From: Candidatus Rariloculaceae bacterium
Lineage (GTDB): Bacteria > Pseudomonadota > Gammaproteobacteria > Steroidobacterales > Rariloculaceae
Direction of reading: 5' to 3'
Assembly (NCBI GenBank): GCA_965205045.1
Contig: OZ242031.1
Location: 2,268,044-2,332,043 of the forward strand
Length of the DNA stretch: 64,000 nucleotides
In this document: in pieces, positions 38,253 through 47,639 of the stretch
How the letters are laid out: the number at the start of each line of letters is the position of its first letter
Numbering within the stretch: position 1 is the first letter of the stretch
The notes under the pieces: generated by a model
Databases searched by the model: none
Told to the model about the DNA's origin: nothing
What the model saw: only the letters and a program-made list of their open reading frames with translations
Program-made: the position numbers and the translations under genes

Positions 38253-40526
38253 TTACATCAGCTCCAGGTTGGCGTAGGCGAGGACCAGCCACTTGGTTCC
38301 GGCCATCTCGAAATTCACCTGTACCCGGGCGTGCGAGCCGCTGCCCTCCCAGTCGAGCACGACACCCTCGCCGAACGTGCCGTGGCGGACGCGCTGGCCC
38401 AGCTTCATGGGCGGGCCGTCGCCGCCGACCGGCGCGCCGGACATGGCGCGGTAACGTGCGCCGGACCGCTTGCCGGCGCTCCCGCCGGACGGCCCTCCGA
38501 AGCGCCCGCCGGACGGCCCTCCGAAGCGCCCGCCGGACCGCCCGGCATACCGTTCGCCGCGGTACACGGGCCTGGATACCGACATTCGCTGCCCTTGCTC
38601 CTCCAGCAGGTTGCGGGGAATCTCGCGGATGAACCGGGATGGCGTCGTGTAGCGGTAACTGCCATGAAGCCGGCGCTGTTCGGCGTGGGTCAGGTACAGC
38701 TTGCGTTGCGCCCGGGTCAGGCCCACGTAGCAAAGCCGCCGCTCCTCTTCCAGCCCGCCGACGTCCTCGACGGAGCGCTGATGGGGGAACAGGCCCTCTT
38801 CGAGCCCGCACACGAACACCAGCGGAAACTCCAGGCCCTTGGCCGAATGCATTGTCATGAGCTGAACCGCTTCCTCGTCCGCCCCGGCCTGGGCTTCCCC
38901 GGATTCGAGTACCGCGTAGGAAAGGAATTCATCCAGCGGCGACAGCTCCGAATCTTCGTCGCGTATCAGGCCGCGGGCGGAGTTGGCCAGTTCCTCGAGG
39001 TTCTCCACACGCGCTTCGGCTGTTTCGTCACCGGCGCGTCCGTGATGGGCGAGAAGGCCGCTCTCGTTGTTGACCCGGCTCACCTGCTCGTGGAGAACCA
39101 GGTCCCGGGTTCCGGCTTCCAGGCCGTCCACCAATTGCACGAAGCCCGCGACCGCCCGTTTGGCGCGGCTTGCCAGGTGCCCGTCTTCCAGGCAGTGGGT
39201 GGCTGCGGCCCACAGACTCGATCCCGCCTCCACCGCCCGGGCGCGCACCGCCTCCATGGTCCTGGCGCCCACGCCCCGGGGCGGCCTGTTGACCACCCGG
39301 TCGAAGGACGCGTCGTCGTGCCGGTTGGCGATCAGCCGAAGGTACGCCAGCGCATCCTTGACCTCGGCGCGCTCGAAGAACCTCAGCCCCCCGTAAACGC
39401 GGTAGGGAATGCCGGCGGCCAGCAGCGCCTCCTCGAACACCCGGGACTGTGCGTTGGAGCGGTACAGGACGGCGGCTTCGTCGCGACGGTGCCCCCCCGC
39501 CAGGTATTCGCCGATGCGGTCGATGACGAAGTCCGCTTCGTCGCGTTCGTCGAGGGCGGCATAGAGCGTGATGGGGTCGCCGGCCTTGCCTGCGGTCCAC
39601 AGGTTCTTCCCCATGCGCATCGCGTTATGCGCGATGACGGCATTGGCGGCGTTCAGGATGTTGCCCGACGAGCGGTAGTTCTGCTCCAGGCGCACCACGC
39701 GGGTGCCGGCAAAGTGGCCCTGGAATCCCTGCAGATGCTCCATCCGCGCCCCGCGCCAGCGGAAGATGGACTGATCGTCGTCGCCCACCACGAACGGTGC
39801 GCCCTCCGGCCCGGCCAGGAGTCTCATCCACCGGTACTGGATCGAGTTGGTGTCCTGGAATTCGTCCACCAGGATGTGCTGAAACCGCCGCCGGTACTGC
39901 TCCTTCAACTCCGCCCGTTGCTCCAGCAATTCAAACGCGCGCAGCAGCAACTCGCCGAAGTCCACCACCGAGGCGGCAGCGCACACTTTTTCGTAGCGCG
40001 CGTAGAGGTCGATGAGCCGCTTCCATTGGGTTCGCCCCTCGTCGTCGACACGCTCGGGGCGCAGCCCCTCGTCCTTCTGACGGTTGATGAACCACTGAAC
40101 TTCCTTCGGATCGAATTCACTCCCCCCCGCGCCCAGGTTCTTCAACAGGCGGGTGATCAGCCGCAACTGGTCCTGGGAGTCGATGATCTGAAAGCCCTCC
40201 GCCAGCCCGGTCTCGGCCCAGTGAATCCGCAGCAAGCGATGTGCAAGGCCGTGAAAGGTGCCGATCCAGAAATGACGTGTGGGGAAGCCCAGCAGGTCTT
40301 CGATGCGATGGCGCATCTCCCACGCGGCCTTGTTGGTGAAGGTCACCGCGAACAGGTGCTGGGGCATGACGTCCTCGACCAGGATCAGCCAGGCGATGCG
40401 GTGCACGAGCACACGCGTCTTGCCGCTTCCGGCCCCGGCGAGCACCAGGACGGGTTTGCCGGGAGGCGTGGTCACCGCCTCGCGCTGCGCGTCGTTCAGC
40501 GGATCGAGAATTGCGGTGACGTCCAC
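38253..40526 (-). CDS. uvrD: DNA helicase II (UvrD/Rep SF1 family)
   Basis: 757 aa. LNDAQREAV, motif I AGAGSGKT, VDEFQDTN, and the C-terminal Tudor-like block GQRVRHGTFGEGVVLD. Gly-rich repeat insertion GGRFGGPSGGRFGGPSGG. Confidence 0.93.
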   Translation of the reverse strand: MDVTAILDPLNDAQREAVTTPPGKPVLVLAGAGSGKTRVLVHRIAWLILVEDVMPQHLFAVTFTNKAAWEMRHRIEDLLGFPTRHFWIGTFHGLAHRLLRIHWAETGLAEGFQIIDSQDQLRLITRLLKNLGAGGSEFDPKEVQWFINRQKDEGLRPERVDDEGRTQWKRLIDLYARYEKVCAAASVVDFGELLLRAFELLEQRAELKEQYRRRFQHILVDEFQDTNSIQYRWMRLLAGPEGAPFVVGDDDQSIFRWRGARMEHLQGFQGHFAGTRVVRLEQNYRSSGNILNAANAVIAHNAMRMGKNLWTAGKAGDPITLYAALDERDEADFVIDRIGEYLAGGHRRDEAAVLYRSNAQSRVFEEALLAAGIPYRVYGGLRFFERAEVKDALAYLRLIANRHDDASFDRVVNRPPRGVGARTMEAVRARAVEAGSSLWAAATHCLEDGHLASRAKRAVAGFVQLVDGLEAGTRDLVLHEQVSRVNNESGLLAHHGRAGDETAEARVENLEELANSARGLIRDEDSELSPLDEFLSYAVLESGEAQAGADEEAVQLMTMHSAKGLEFPLVFVCGLEEGLFPHQRSVEDVGGLEEERRLCYVGLTRAQRKLYLTHAEQRRLHGSYRYTTPSRFIREIPRNLLEEQGQRMSVSRPVYRGERYAGRSGGRFGGPSGGRFGGPSGGSAGKRSGARYRAMSGAPVGGDGPPMKLGQRVRHGTFGEGVVLDWEGSGSHARVQVNFEMAGTKWLVLAYANLELM

Positions 40527-40556
40527 GTCGAACCCCGGACTCGTTCGGTCTGGCGG

Positions 40557-41471
40557 CTATTCCGGCCAGAACACGGGGATGTAGTGATCGATCAGCAGGA
40601 ACCCGAACAGCGCCGCCAGGTACGTGATGGAATAGTTGAACGTCCTCATGGGCATGCTGCTGTCGTCGCCGTATTTCAGACGGATGCCGTGATAGAGAAA
40701 TCCGCCCCCCAGCAGCAGCGCCGCAAACAGGTACAGGGTCCCGCTCATCCCCGTCAGGTAGGGGAGCAGGGTGACCAGGACCAGCAGGCAGGTGTAGTAC
40801 AGCACGAACGACTTGGTGAACTCGGGACCGTGGGTGACCGGCAGCATCGGTACGCCGGCACGGACGTAGTCTTCCTTGCGGGCCACGGCAAGCGCCCAGA
40901 AGTGCGGCGGTGTCCAGGTGAAGACGATCAGGAACAGCAGCAGGGCATGGCCGCTGATCTCGTTGGTCACCGCCGTCCAGCCCAGCAGGGGCGGCGCCGC
41001 GCCGGCCGCCCCGCCGATGACGATGTTCTGGGGCGTCGCCCGCTTCAGATACACCGTGTACACCACCGCATACCCCACCATGGAAAGGAAGGTCAGCGCC
41101 GCGGTCAGCGGATTCACCAGCAGGACCAGAATGCAGATGCCCGAGAGGCCCAGCACCATGGCGAAGGCGATGGCATCGCGCTCCTCGATTCGCCCGGTGG
41201 GCAGGGGGCGGAGGCGGGTTCGGGCCATCTTCGCGTCCAGGCGCTGGTCGAGCACGTGATTCAGGGTGGCGCCGCAGGCCGAGGCCAGTCCGATACCCAG
41301 ACTGGCGAAAACCAGGATCTGCCAGGAGACCATGCCGGGTTGCGCCAGGAACATGCCCACGATGGCCGTGAACACCAGCAGCCTGACGACGCCCGGCTTG
41401 GTCAGCGCATAGTAGTCCCGCCACCGGGCGGGCACGCGCTCACTGGTAATGTCCAATTCTCTGGTTTGCAT
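40557..41471 (-). CDS. cyoE: protohaem IX farnesyltransferase (haem O synthase)
   Basis: UbiA-family TM pattern. WRDYYALTKPGVV and NHVLDQRLDAKMARTRLRPLP. An alternative GTG start at 41435 would remove the 32-nt overlap with ctaA. Confidence 0.9.
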   Translation of the reverse strand: MQTRELDITSERVPARWRDYYALTKPGVVRLLVFTAIVGMFLAQPGMVSWQILVFASLGIGLASACGATLNHVLDQRLDAKMARTRLRPLPTGRIEERDAIAFAMVLGLSGICILVLLVNPLTAALTFLSMVGYAVVYTVYLKRATPQNIVIGGAAGAAPPLLGWTAVTNEISGHALLLFLIVFTWTPPHFWALAVARKEDYVRAGVPMLPVTHGPEFTKSFVLYYTCLLVLVTLLPYLTGMSGTLYLFAALLLGGGFLYHGIRLKYGDDSSMPMRTFNYSITYLAALFGFLLIDHYIPVFWPE

Positions 41472-42456
41472 TCAGAACCGCCAAAAGCAACAGTGCCGCC
41501 ACTCCGTTATGCGCAACGGCGACGGCCAGGGGAACACCGTAGACGATGATACTCGCGCCGAGCACAAACTGTACCCCGAGCGCGGCCAGGACCGCGATGC
41601 CGTCCGGCCTAAGCCGGGGCCGCCGGATCATCATCCATCCCAGCACCGCCAGCACCAGGGTCGCTGCGATGGCGCCGAGCCGGTGGCTGAAGTGAATCGC
41701 GACCCGGGCGGGATTGTCCAACACTCCGCCCTCGTAGTCCACGCCCAGTTCCCGCCACAGCACGAAGCCCTCGCGGAAGTCGGCCACCGGCGGCCACCAG
41801 CGAGTCTGGCAGGTCGGGAAATCCGGGCAGGCCAGCGCCGCGTAGTTGGCGCTCGTCCAGCCGCCCAGAGCGATCTGCACGGCCAGGATCGCCAATGCGG
41901 CAACCCCTGCGCGCGGCAGCCACCGCGACGCCATGCGTGCAGGGCGTGCCGGCCGTGCCGGCCGGGATGGATCGTCACGTGACGAAAACAGGCGGTGCCA
42001 TTCCCCGAGCCAGAAAATGAGCCCCAGCGTCGTCAGACCGCCCAGCAGGTGCGCCATCACGATGACCGGCTGCAGCAGCAGCGTGACTGTCCACATGCCC
42101 AGCAGTCCCTGGAAGATCACGACCGCGAGCAGGACGTGGGGAAGGCGGGTGGGCTGTTCCGGATCCCGCCGGTTGGCCCAGGCCAGAACGGACAGGATCA
42201 GGCAGAGCAGGCCCAGTCCGGTGGCCAGGTAGCGGTGGATCATCTCCCGCCACGCCTTGCCCACGTCCAGCGGCCGCTCCGGGAATGCCTCGGCGGCCTC
42301 CCGGGTGCTCTCCGTAACGACGAGCTGCCCATAGCAGCCCGGCCAGTCGGGGCAGCCCAGCCCGGCGTCGGTCAGGCGCACCCATGCGCCGATGACCACG
42401 ACCAGCAGGGCCAGCACCGTGCCGGTGCGGGCCAGGCGCAAGAAAACTGTCGTCAT
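41440..42456 (-). CDS. ctaA: haem A synthase (COX15/CtaA)
   Basis: 338 aa. GAWVRLTDAGLGCPDWPGCYG and conserved His residues in TM helices (HRYLA, AHLLGG, FSHRLGA, VAHNG). Confidence 0.9.
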   Translation of the reverse strand: MTTVFLRLARTGTVLALLVVVIGAWVRLTDAGLGCPDWPGCYGQLVVTESTREAAEAFPERPLDVGKAWREMIHRYLATGLGLLCLILSVLAWANRRDPEQPTRLPHVLLAVVIFQGLLGMWTVTLLLQPVIVMAHLLGGLTTLGLIFWLGEWHRLFSSRDDPSRPARPARPARMASRWLPRAGVAALAILAVQIALGGWTSANYAALACPDFPTCQTRWWPPVADFREGFVLWRELGVDYEGGVLDNPARVAIHFSHRLGAIAATLVLAVLGWMMIRRPRLRPDGIAVLAALGVQFVLGASIIVYGVPLAVAVAHNGVAALLLLAVLNANQRIGHYQ

Positions 42457-42541
42457 TGTTCAATCGCTATCCGGCTGCTTCCGAGGCCCCACATGGCGGC
42501 GGGACCGGAATGCAGACAATCGTAGGAAAGTGTGCGGAAAT

Positions 42542-42575
42542 GCAAGGCGGCAAAAGCCGTCCCATAAAGCCTTGC
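42542..42575 (-). terminator. possible stem-loop downstream of the ASKHA ATPase gene
   Basis: gcaaggc (42542-42548) pairs with gccttgc (42569-42575). On the minus strand ATTTCC follows, a weak U-tract. Confidence 0.25.
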
Positions 42576-42594
42576 CCTTTCGGCCATTGTCGTT

Positions 42595-43902
42595 TCAATC
42601 GCTGTAGAGATCATCCGAGCTTAGTCGGGGCCGCACGGGCTGTGTGGGAGGCTGGTACGTTGGAACCAAACCTGAGCCAACTGTATCCGGTACATCGGCC
42701 AGCCGTCGGGCTAGACCGTAAGCGACCAGCAGGAATGTTGGATCGCCTTGTAATTCCGCTCCGTTCTCCTCAACCAGATCCGACGGTGCCCCCGGGTCGG
42801 CGGATGGCTCGGATTCGTTCAGCCAGACTCGCCTGTGTTCGATCACGCGTTCGCGGACCGAATCGATCTTGCTTCCGCCGCCCAGGAAGAACATGCGGCC
42901 AATGTGATTCCAAGCAAGGTCGCTCCTGTGCCTTTGAAACGCTTCCACGGAAGCAAGCTCCAGAACCTTCGCGATTCGATCAAGAACATGACCGATACCA
43001 GTTCTGACTTGGCTGCCCCAACAAACATGTATCAGCTCGCTTTCCCGTCCACGCACCTCGGCCTTGGTGGGCAATCCCAGATGATCGGCGAGCGCTTCGT
43101 CAATTGCGTCGCAGCCCGGTGGCGCGCATGCGTCGCCCCAAAACACCAACCTGTTCTTTACGCGCAGACCTCCCAAACGATGTTCGGTGATATGGAACCA
43201 GGACGCGCTCGTTGTGCCGGCCCCAACGTCAACGCAAGCATACCTTCCGTCCTCTATGTCTGGAGAGGAGTAAGCCCAGTACAAGGCTGCCTCAGCTTCC
43301 GAACGCACCCAGTCGCGCGGCTGTGAGGATTTGGAATCGGCGAGTTTTTTTCGAGCGGATGCCAGCGCGGACTTCGCGTCCTCCACGGCGATACCATTTA
43401 GCAGATCGGCGCCGCCAAGTAGCTGGAACGCTTCTCTGGCGACATTGACGAACATCGTCTGCAATTCATCGTCTTCGAGTAATGCCATTGGTGCGCCGAG
43501 GGTGACTCCGAATGATGGTTCTGCCTGAAAGCGCTCAGCGTAGCGGACAGCGGTTTCTTGGCCGAGTTGAATCAAGTGGCCGACATACAATGTCGCGAGG
43601 TCACGCGCGTCCAATCCGCCGAAGGGGAGTTCGGCCAGGTCGCCGTAGAAGTCATCTGGGTAGGCACAAAGCATTTTCAGCGATCGATACACGCGATTGT
43701 CGTCGCGCACGCTAGCCTCTGCGTCGAATCCGAATCGAATGAAGCCGTCGTCGATAACGACCGTGGACGGAATCAGAAAATCACCATCTCCACCGCATTC
43801 CAGCGACGGGCGCACCGGAAAGCTGCGATCTTCTTCTTGCGAGCCGTAGTCGGTGAGCACGAGCTTCGATCTGCTTGTACCGTAGTCGACACCCAGCCAC
43901 AT
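42595..43902 (-). CDS. actin/Hsp70-fold (ASKHA) ATPase, unknown family
   Basis: 435 aa from ATG 43902, which is preceded by AAAGGAGGGAA. Phosphate-1 motif LGVDYGTSRSKL, phosphate-2 motif CVDVGAGTTSASW, adenosine motif FFLGGGSKIDSV. Low G+C. An in-frame ATG at 44091 is an alternative start. Confidence 0.75.
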   Translation of the reverse strand: MWLGVDYGTSRSKLVLTDYGSQEEDRSFPVRPSLECGGDGDFLIPSTVVIDDGFIRFGFDAEASVRDDNRVYRSLKMLCAYPDDFYGDLAELPFGGLDARDLATLYVGHLIQLGQETAVRYAERFQAEPSFGVTLGAPMALLEDDELQTMFVNVAREAFQLLGGADLLNGIAVEDAKSALASARKKLADSKSSQPRDWVRSEAEAALYWAYSSPDIEDGRYACVDVGAGTTSASWFHITEHRLGGLRVKNRLVFWGDACAPPGCDAIDEALADHLGLPTKAEVRGRESELIHVCWGSQVRTGIGHVLDRIAKVLELASVEAFQRHRSDLAWNHIGRMFFLGGGSKIDSVRERVIEHRRVWLNESEPSADPGAPSDLVEENGAELQGDPTFLLVAYGLARRLADVPDTVGSGLVPTYQPPTQPVRPRLSSDDLYSD

Positions 43903-44102
43903 TTCCCTCCTTTTGCGAGGGCGTCGATCCTTGTCGCGAAAGGCCGCAGTTCCAGACAGGAACCCTTGCGGCTTGGCTGTTGGCATGATCGACCGGTCCC
44001 GAGTCTCAGGACTAAGTGCTGTTTCTTTCGCCTCTGCTGACATAAGGGATCGTCGACCCAGAGGTCGGACTAGTCTGGAAAGCCAACCCATGCCGCTATT
44101 CC

Positions 44103-47100
44103 TTAATACCCTGATTCGATATGCAAGATGCCTGCCGCTAGAAGTTCCGTCTCCAGCCGCGCATCGACTCCGTCTCGAAGTAAACTGAGGTTCGCGTCCC
44201 GTTCGCAAATCGCATGGCCGACTTTCGCTTCCGCCATCCTTATTGCGAACGGTGCCGCGCCCTTAGCGTTCAACGTGTCCAAACGCATTTGCGCCTCCTC
44301 AATCCTGTGGTTCAGCGCGGATGTAAGCGTAGTTCGCCGTCGTTCCAGACGAACCTTGTTCAATTCGATTTCCCTTGTGTTCACTTGCCCACGAATCGAC
44401 GCAATATGTTCTTCCAATCGAAAACGCAGCTTATCGACCAACACTTCTTCAACGGAAGGTACCGGTTCCAATGAAATCGCCGAAGTTAACATTGAAAGAA
44501 GCAGGTCTTCGGAAGCGGTTTCCTCCAGTGGGGGATTTTCGCCGTCAAAGAAAACCGGAACAAGCCATGCGCGCGGTCGAACGCCTTCCATCTCGAAACG
44601 GTGTATCTCGAACGCATAGTCCCCTGCAATGCCAACGGCTGCATCTACCAGATCGGCGGACCGCATCGCGAGTGCGAATGACCGTGCGGACGTGTCTCGA
44701 TTGCGCTCGCGCTCGCTTGTTACCATCTTGACCAGCGGGTGTCGCGAGTGCACTAGCTCGGCGTTGGGATGTCTGATGGCCGCGTTCTGGTCGAAAGTGG
44801 CTTTCACGGTTCCCGTTTCGATCGTTCGACCGAATCGGATTGCTTCAGGGTCGGATCCACTGGCCTTGAGTACCAACTGGCCAGCTCCAGGCGGTGTACG
44901 AATTTCCTCGACTTGCGTAATCATGCTTTGTGGGAACCGGCTTCCCGCGAATCGATCGCTTAGAAACTTTGCGACATAGGCGTATATCTCCCGGCTGGAA
45001 GGAACCTTTCGTCTACCGATCAGGCCTTCGATCTCGTCGAGAAAAGACTGGTCGGCCGCCATCAAACTGTCGGCGCTATTCGCGAGACTCTCTGCCTGCA
45101 GGTGCTGATCTTTCGTTGCGTCAGCCGCTTGGTCAGCTCGCGATTTCTGATCTTCTGGAGAAAGCTCGCCTCGTAGAGCCATGGAAGCCAGATTTTCGAC
45201 ACGTTCGCCCAGAATCGGATCGATTTCGCCTATTGTGTTCTCGAATATTCCAATACGCTGGTAGAGACGATACAAGATTCGGTCTTCGATCGTGTCCTCG
45301 GCTACGAGGTTCAGAATGACAATTTTGTCGGCGCGCTGGCCGATTCTGTCGAGGCGTCCAATACGTTGTTCAACAACCATCGGATTCCAAGGCAAGTCGT
45401 AGTTGACCACCACCGCGGCAAACTGCAAGTCCAGCCCTTCGCTGCCAACCTCGGACGAGAGCAGGACGCGGACTGCCGGATTCTCCGCGAATTCGCCGAT
45501 CCTCGTTTCTCGCGCGGGAATGGCGATATCGCCATTGATAAGGCGACAATCGACTCCGTCGCGAGTAAGGCATTCACGGAGGTACCGAAGTGTCGGCTTG
45601 AAGAACGAAAAGATGACTATCTTGCGGGGTGGGTCGCCGTTGTCCTTGTCTTCACGCCAAATGTTTCGCAGTTTCCGCCTTAAGCCCGCGTACTTTGTGT
45701 CTTTCTCCGTCAGCTTGTGGAGCGCAGAGGTGATTCGATTGAGTTCGCTCTCAACTGAGAATTGATTGAATCCCCGAACCTCTGCGAATGCGGCAGAAGT
45801 ATCCTGAGCCTCGCTAAAGCCGTCGGAAATGCGATGAAAGAGCGACTGGCGGGACTGCAGCTTCGCTCGAAACTGCCCTGCTGCTGCCGGGATGCAGCTT
45901 GCCGCTGCCCGATAAGCTTGCAATGCGGCCATGGTCTGTCCCCAGCCATAATGATCGGGGTGGACTATTGCGCAAAGTTCGGCCACCGAGTCGTAGAACT
46001 CTTGTTCAGTCGGGGAATACCTGACGGAGATAACGAATGGTTTGCGAATCGGTGGATTCTCGATGACGTCAGCCTTACGGGTACGACTGATAATTTTCCC
46101 GGTCAGGGAAAGCTCATTGATGTCCCGTTGAAGCTCGACAAGCTCGGATCGATCAAGGCTGGTGGCCGCCTCACAGCGCGAAGTCAGTTTTGAGAAGTAC
46201 TCGGTTTGCGTCAATGATCGAGTGTGTTCATTTGAGCGCATCGCGTTCAGCGATTCCAGAGCGGCAACCTTGGCGGGGGGATTTCGCCGGATCGCCGTGG
46301 TAGCACGTACTATAGGTCGGTTCGCTTCGCACTGTTTCTCGAACAGATTGCCGTCCCGGAATTCAAAGGGATCCAGGATGTTCAGCAATCGGAACAAGTT
46401 CTCCAAGCTGGTCTGCACGGGCGTTGCGGTTAGCATGAGCATGTGATCCGCGCACGCGGACAGGGCTTTGCCTAAGCGATGTTGAAGCGTGTCGGGGTTG
46501 CGCATTCGATGAGCTTCATCCACGACGACGATATCGAACATGGGTTGCACTTCACCAAGGAACGCGATGACGTCCCTATTTCGGGCCGACTCAAGCGAGA
46601 TAATCCAGGAAAAGCGATTCAATCCGCGATTCGACTCCAGACGCAGTTTCCAGGCGAGCAAGTCCTTTGCGCTGACAACGTCAAAGTTCTCACAGAAACG
46701 GCGTTCCATCTCGTCTTTCCATTTCGTACGAAGACGGGAGGGAACGACGAGCAGCATACGGTCCAAACTAGTCCGGGACTTGAGTTCCCGGATGATATAG
46801 CCGGCTTCAATAGTCTTGCCTAGACCAACATCGTCAGCTATAAGCAGGCGCTTGCGCGGGTTTTCGAGAAACTTGAGCAATGGCTTGAATTGAAAGGGAT
46901 AAAAGGTAGCCTTTGCCGAACCGAATGAAGCCGCTATGGGAGAGGGCGGCCGGCGCAGTCGCTCGAACGTCATGAGCGAGCGAAACGCCGAATCTCCCGC
47001 CAAACGGTTTTCCCGGATGTCATCCCAGGGCGTGGAGTCCGTTGGCAATGACTCCAAATCATTCTCGGCGACACCCTTTGTAGCGTTGCCGAACTGAACT

Positions 47101-47219
47101 CGATAGATCCAGTCGCCTGTAGCTTCCTGAAGGTAGCCTTTATCTCGAATGACTCCGACGGCGTCAGGCCGGGACTTGCGGCGGATAACGTCACCGACGC
47201 CAAAAAGGCCGCTTTTCAC
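44103..47219 (-). CDS. SNF2-family helicase (1038 aa) with N-terminal SH3/Tudor-like module and a long unassigned C-terminal region
   Basis: LLIADDVGLGKTIEAG (motif I), VVDEAHRMRN (II), LTATPVQTSLENL (III), GSEGLDLQ and QRIGRLDRIGQ (V/VI). Low G+C. Confidence 0.9.
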   Translation of the reverse strand: MKSGLFGVGDVIRRKSRPDAVGVIRDKGYLQEATGDWIYRVQFGNATKGVAENDLESLPTDSTPWDDIRENRLAGDSAFRSLMTFERLRRPPSPIAASFGSAKATFYPFQFKPLLKFLENPRKRLLIADDVGLGKTIEAGYIIRELKSRTSLDRMLLVVPSRLRTKWKDEMERRFCENFDVVSAKDLLAWKLRLESNRGLNRFSWIISLESARNRDVIAFLGEVQPMFDIVVVDEAHRMRNPDTLQHRLGKALSACADHMLMLTATPVQTSLENLFRLLNILDPFEFRDGNLFEKQCEANRPIVRATTAIRRNPPAKVAALESLNAMRSNEHTRSLTQTEYFSKLTSRCEAATSLDRSELVELQRDINELSLTGKIISRTRKADVIENPPIRKPFVISVRYSPTEQEFYDSVAELCAIVHPDHYGWGQTMAALQAYRAAASCIPAAAGQFRAKLQSRQSLFHRISDGFSEAQDTSAAFAEVRGFNQFSVESELNRITSALHKLTEKDTKYAGLRRKLRNIWREDKDNGDPPRKIVIFSFFKPTLRYLRECLTRDGVDCRLINGDIAIPARETRIGEFAENPAVRVLLSSEVGSEGLDLQFAAVVVNYDLPWNPMVVEQRIGRLDRIGQRADKIVILNLVAEDTIEDRILYRLYQRIGIFENTIGEIDPILGERVENLASMALRGELSPEDQKSRADQAADATKDQHLQAESLANSADSLMAADQSFLDEIEGLIGRRKVPSSREIYAYVAKFLSDRFAGSRFPQSMITQVEEIRTPPGAGQLVLKASGSDPEAIRFGRTIETGTVKATFDQNAAIRHPNAELVHSRHPLVKMVTSERERNRDTSARSFALAMRSADLVDAAVGIAGDYAFEIHRFEMEGVRPRAWLVPVFFDGENPPLEETASEDLLLSMLTSAISLEPVPSVEEVLVDKLRFRLEEHIASIRGQVNTREIELNKVRLERRRTTLTSALNHRIEEAQMRLDTLNAKGAAPFAIRMAEAKVGHAICERDANLSLLRDGVDARLETELLAAGILHIESGY

Positions 47220-47348
47220 GATTCGAAGTTCAACATGGCGCCTTTGCTGGCAGCAAAATTGTACTGGCTGGGTGAGTCAATCACGCTAATCCTAATGGTA
47301 TTGGATGCGCTCCAAACGGCAAGCGAAGTTGAGCACAGCGAGTACAGC

Positions 47349-47546
47349 TCACTCGTTCAACCAGTTTTCAAGGCGAAGTTTAGGGACGCGCCCAAACTCG
47401 CGCAAATTGGCCGTGACCAGGACGAGATCCGCCGAGAGCGCGTGCGCGGCGATGAGGAGGTCATTGGGGCCGATCATTCCCGCCGCGCGTCCTTGCGGGT
47501 GCCGGACCACGTCGGAAATAATGACTGTGTCTAGCAAATGGATCAC
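47349..47546 (-). pseudogene. VapC (PIN-domain toxin) relic with an internal deletion
   Basis: The 65 aa join a VapC N-terminus (MIHLLDTVIISDVVRHP) directly to a VapC C-terminus (IGPNDLLIAAHAL...LVTANLREFGRVPKLRLENW). About 65 central residues are missing and there is no vapB. Confidence 0.65.
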
Positions 47547-47639
47547 TGTTTTCCGACCGCTGCCATTGATGCGCAGACGCGCGCCGAATGTCCATAAGAC
47601 ATTGTAAACACTCTATAAATTCTTGGTTCCTCCGGCATG

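Noticed and set aside
42454-42603. Direct repeat cattgt..ttcaatcgct at 42454-42468 and 42585-42603, considered as att-type target duplication of the SNF2 island.
   Set aside because: The two copies are only about 130 bp apart on the same side of the island rather than flanking it. I found no third copy at the far end (47.2-48.8 kb or 57.3-57.7 kb). It is retained only as part of the 9-mer observation.
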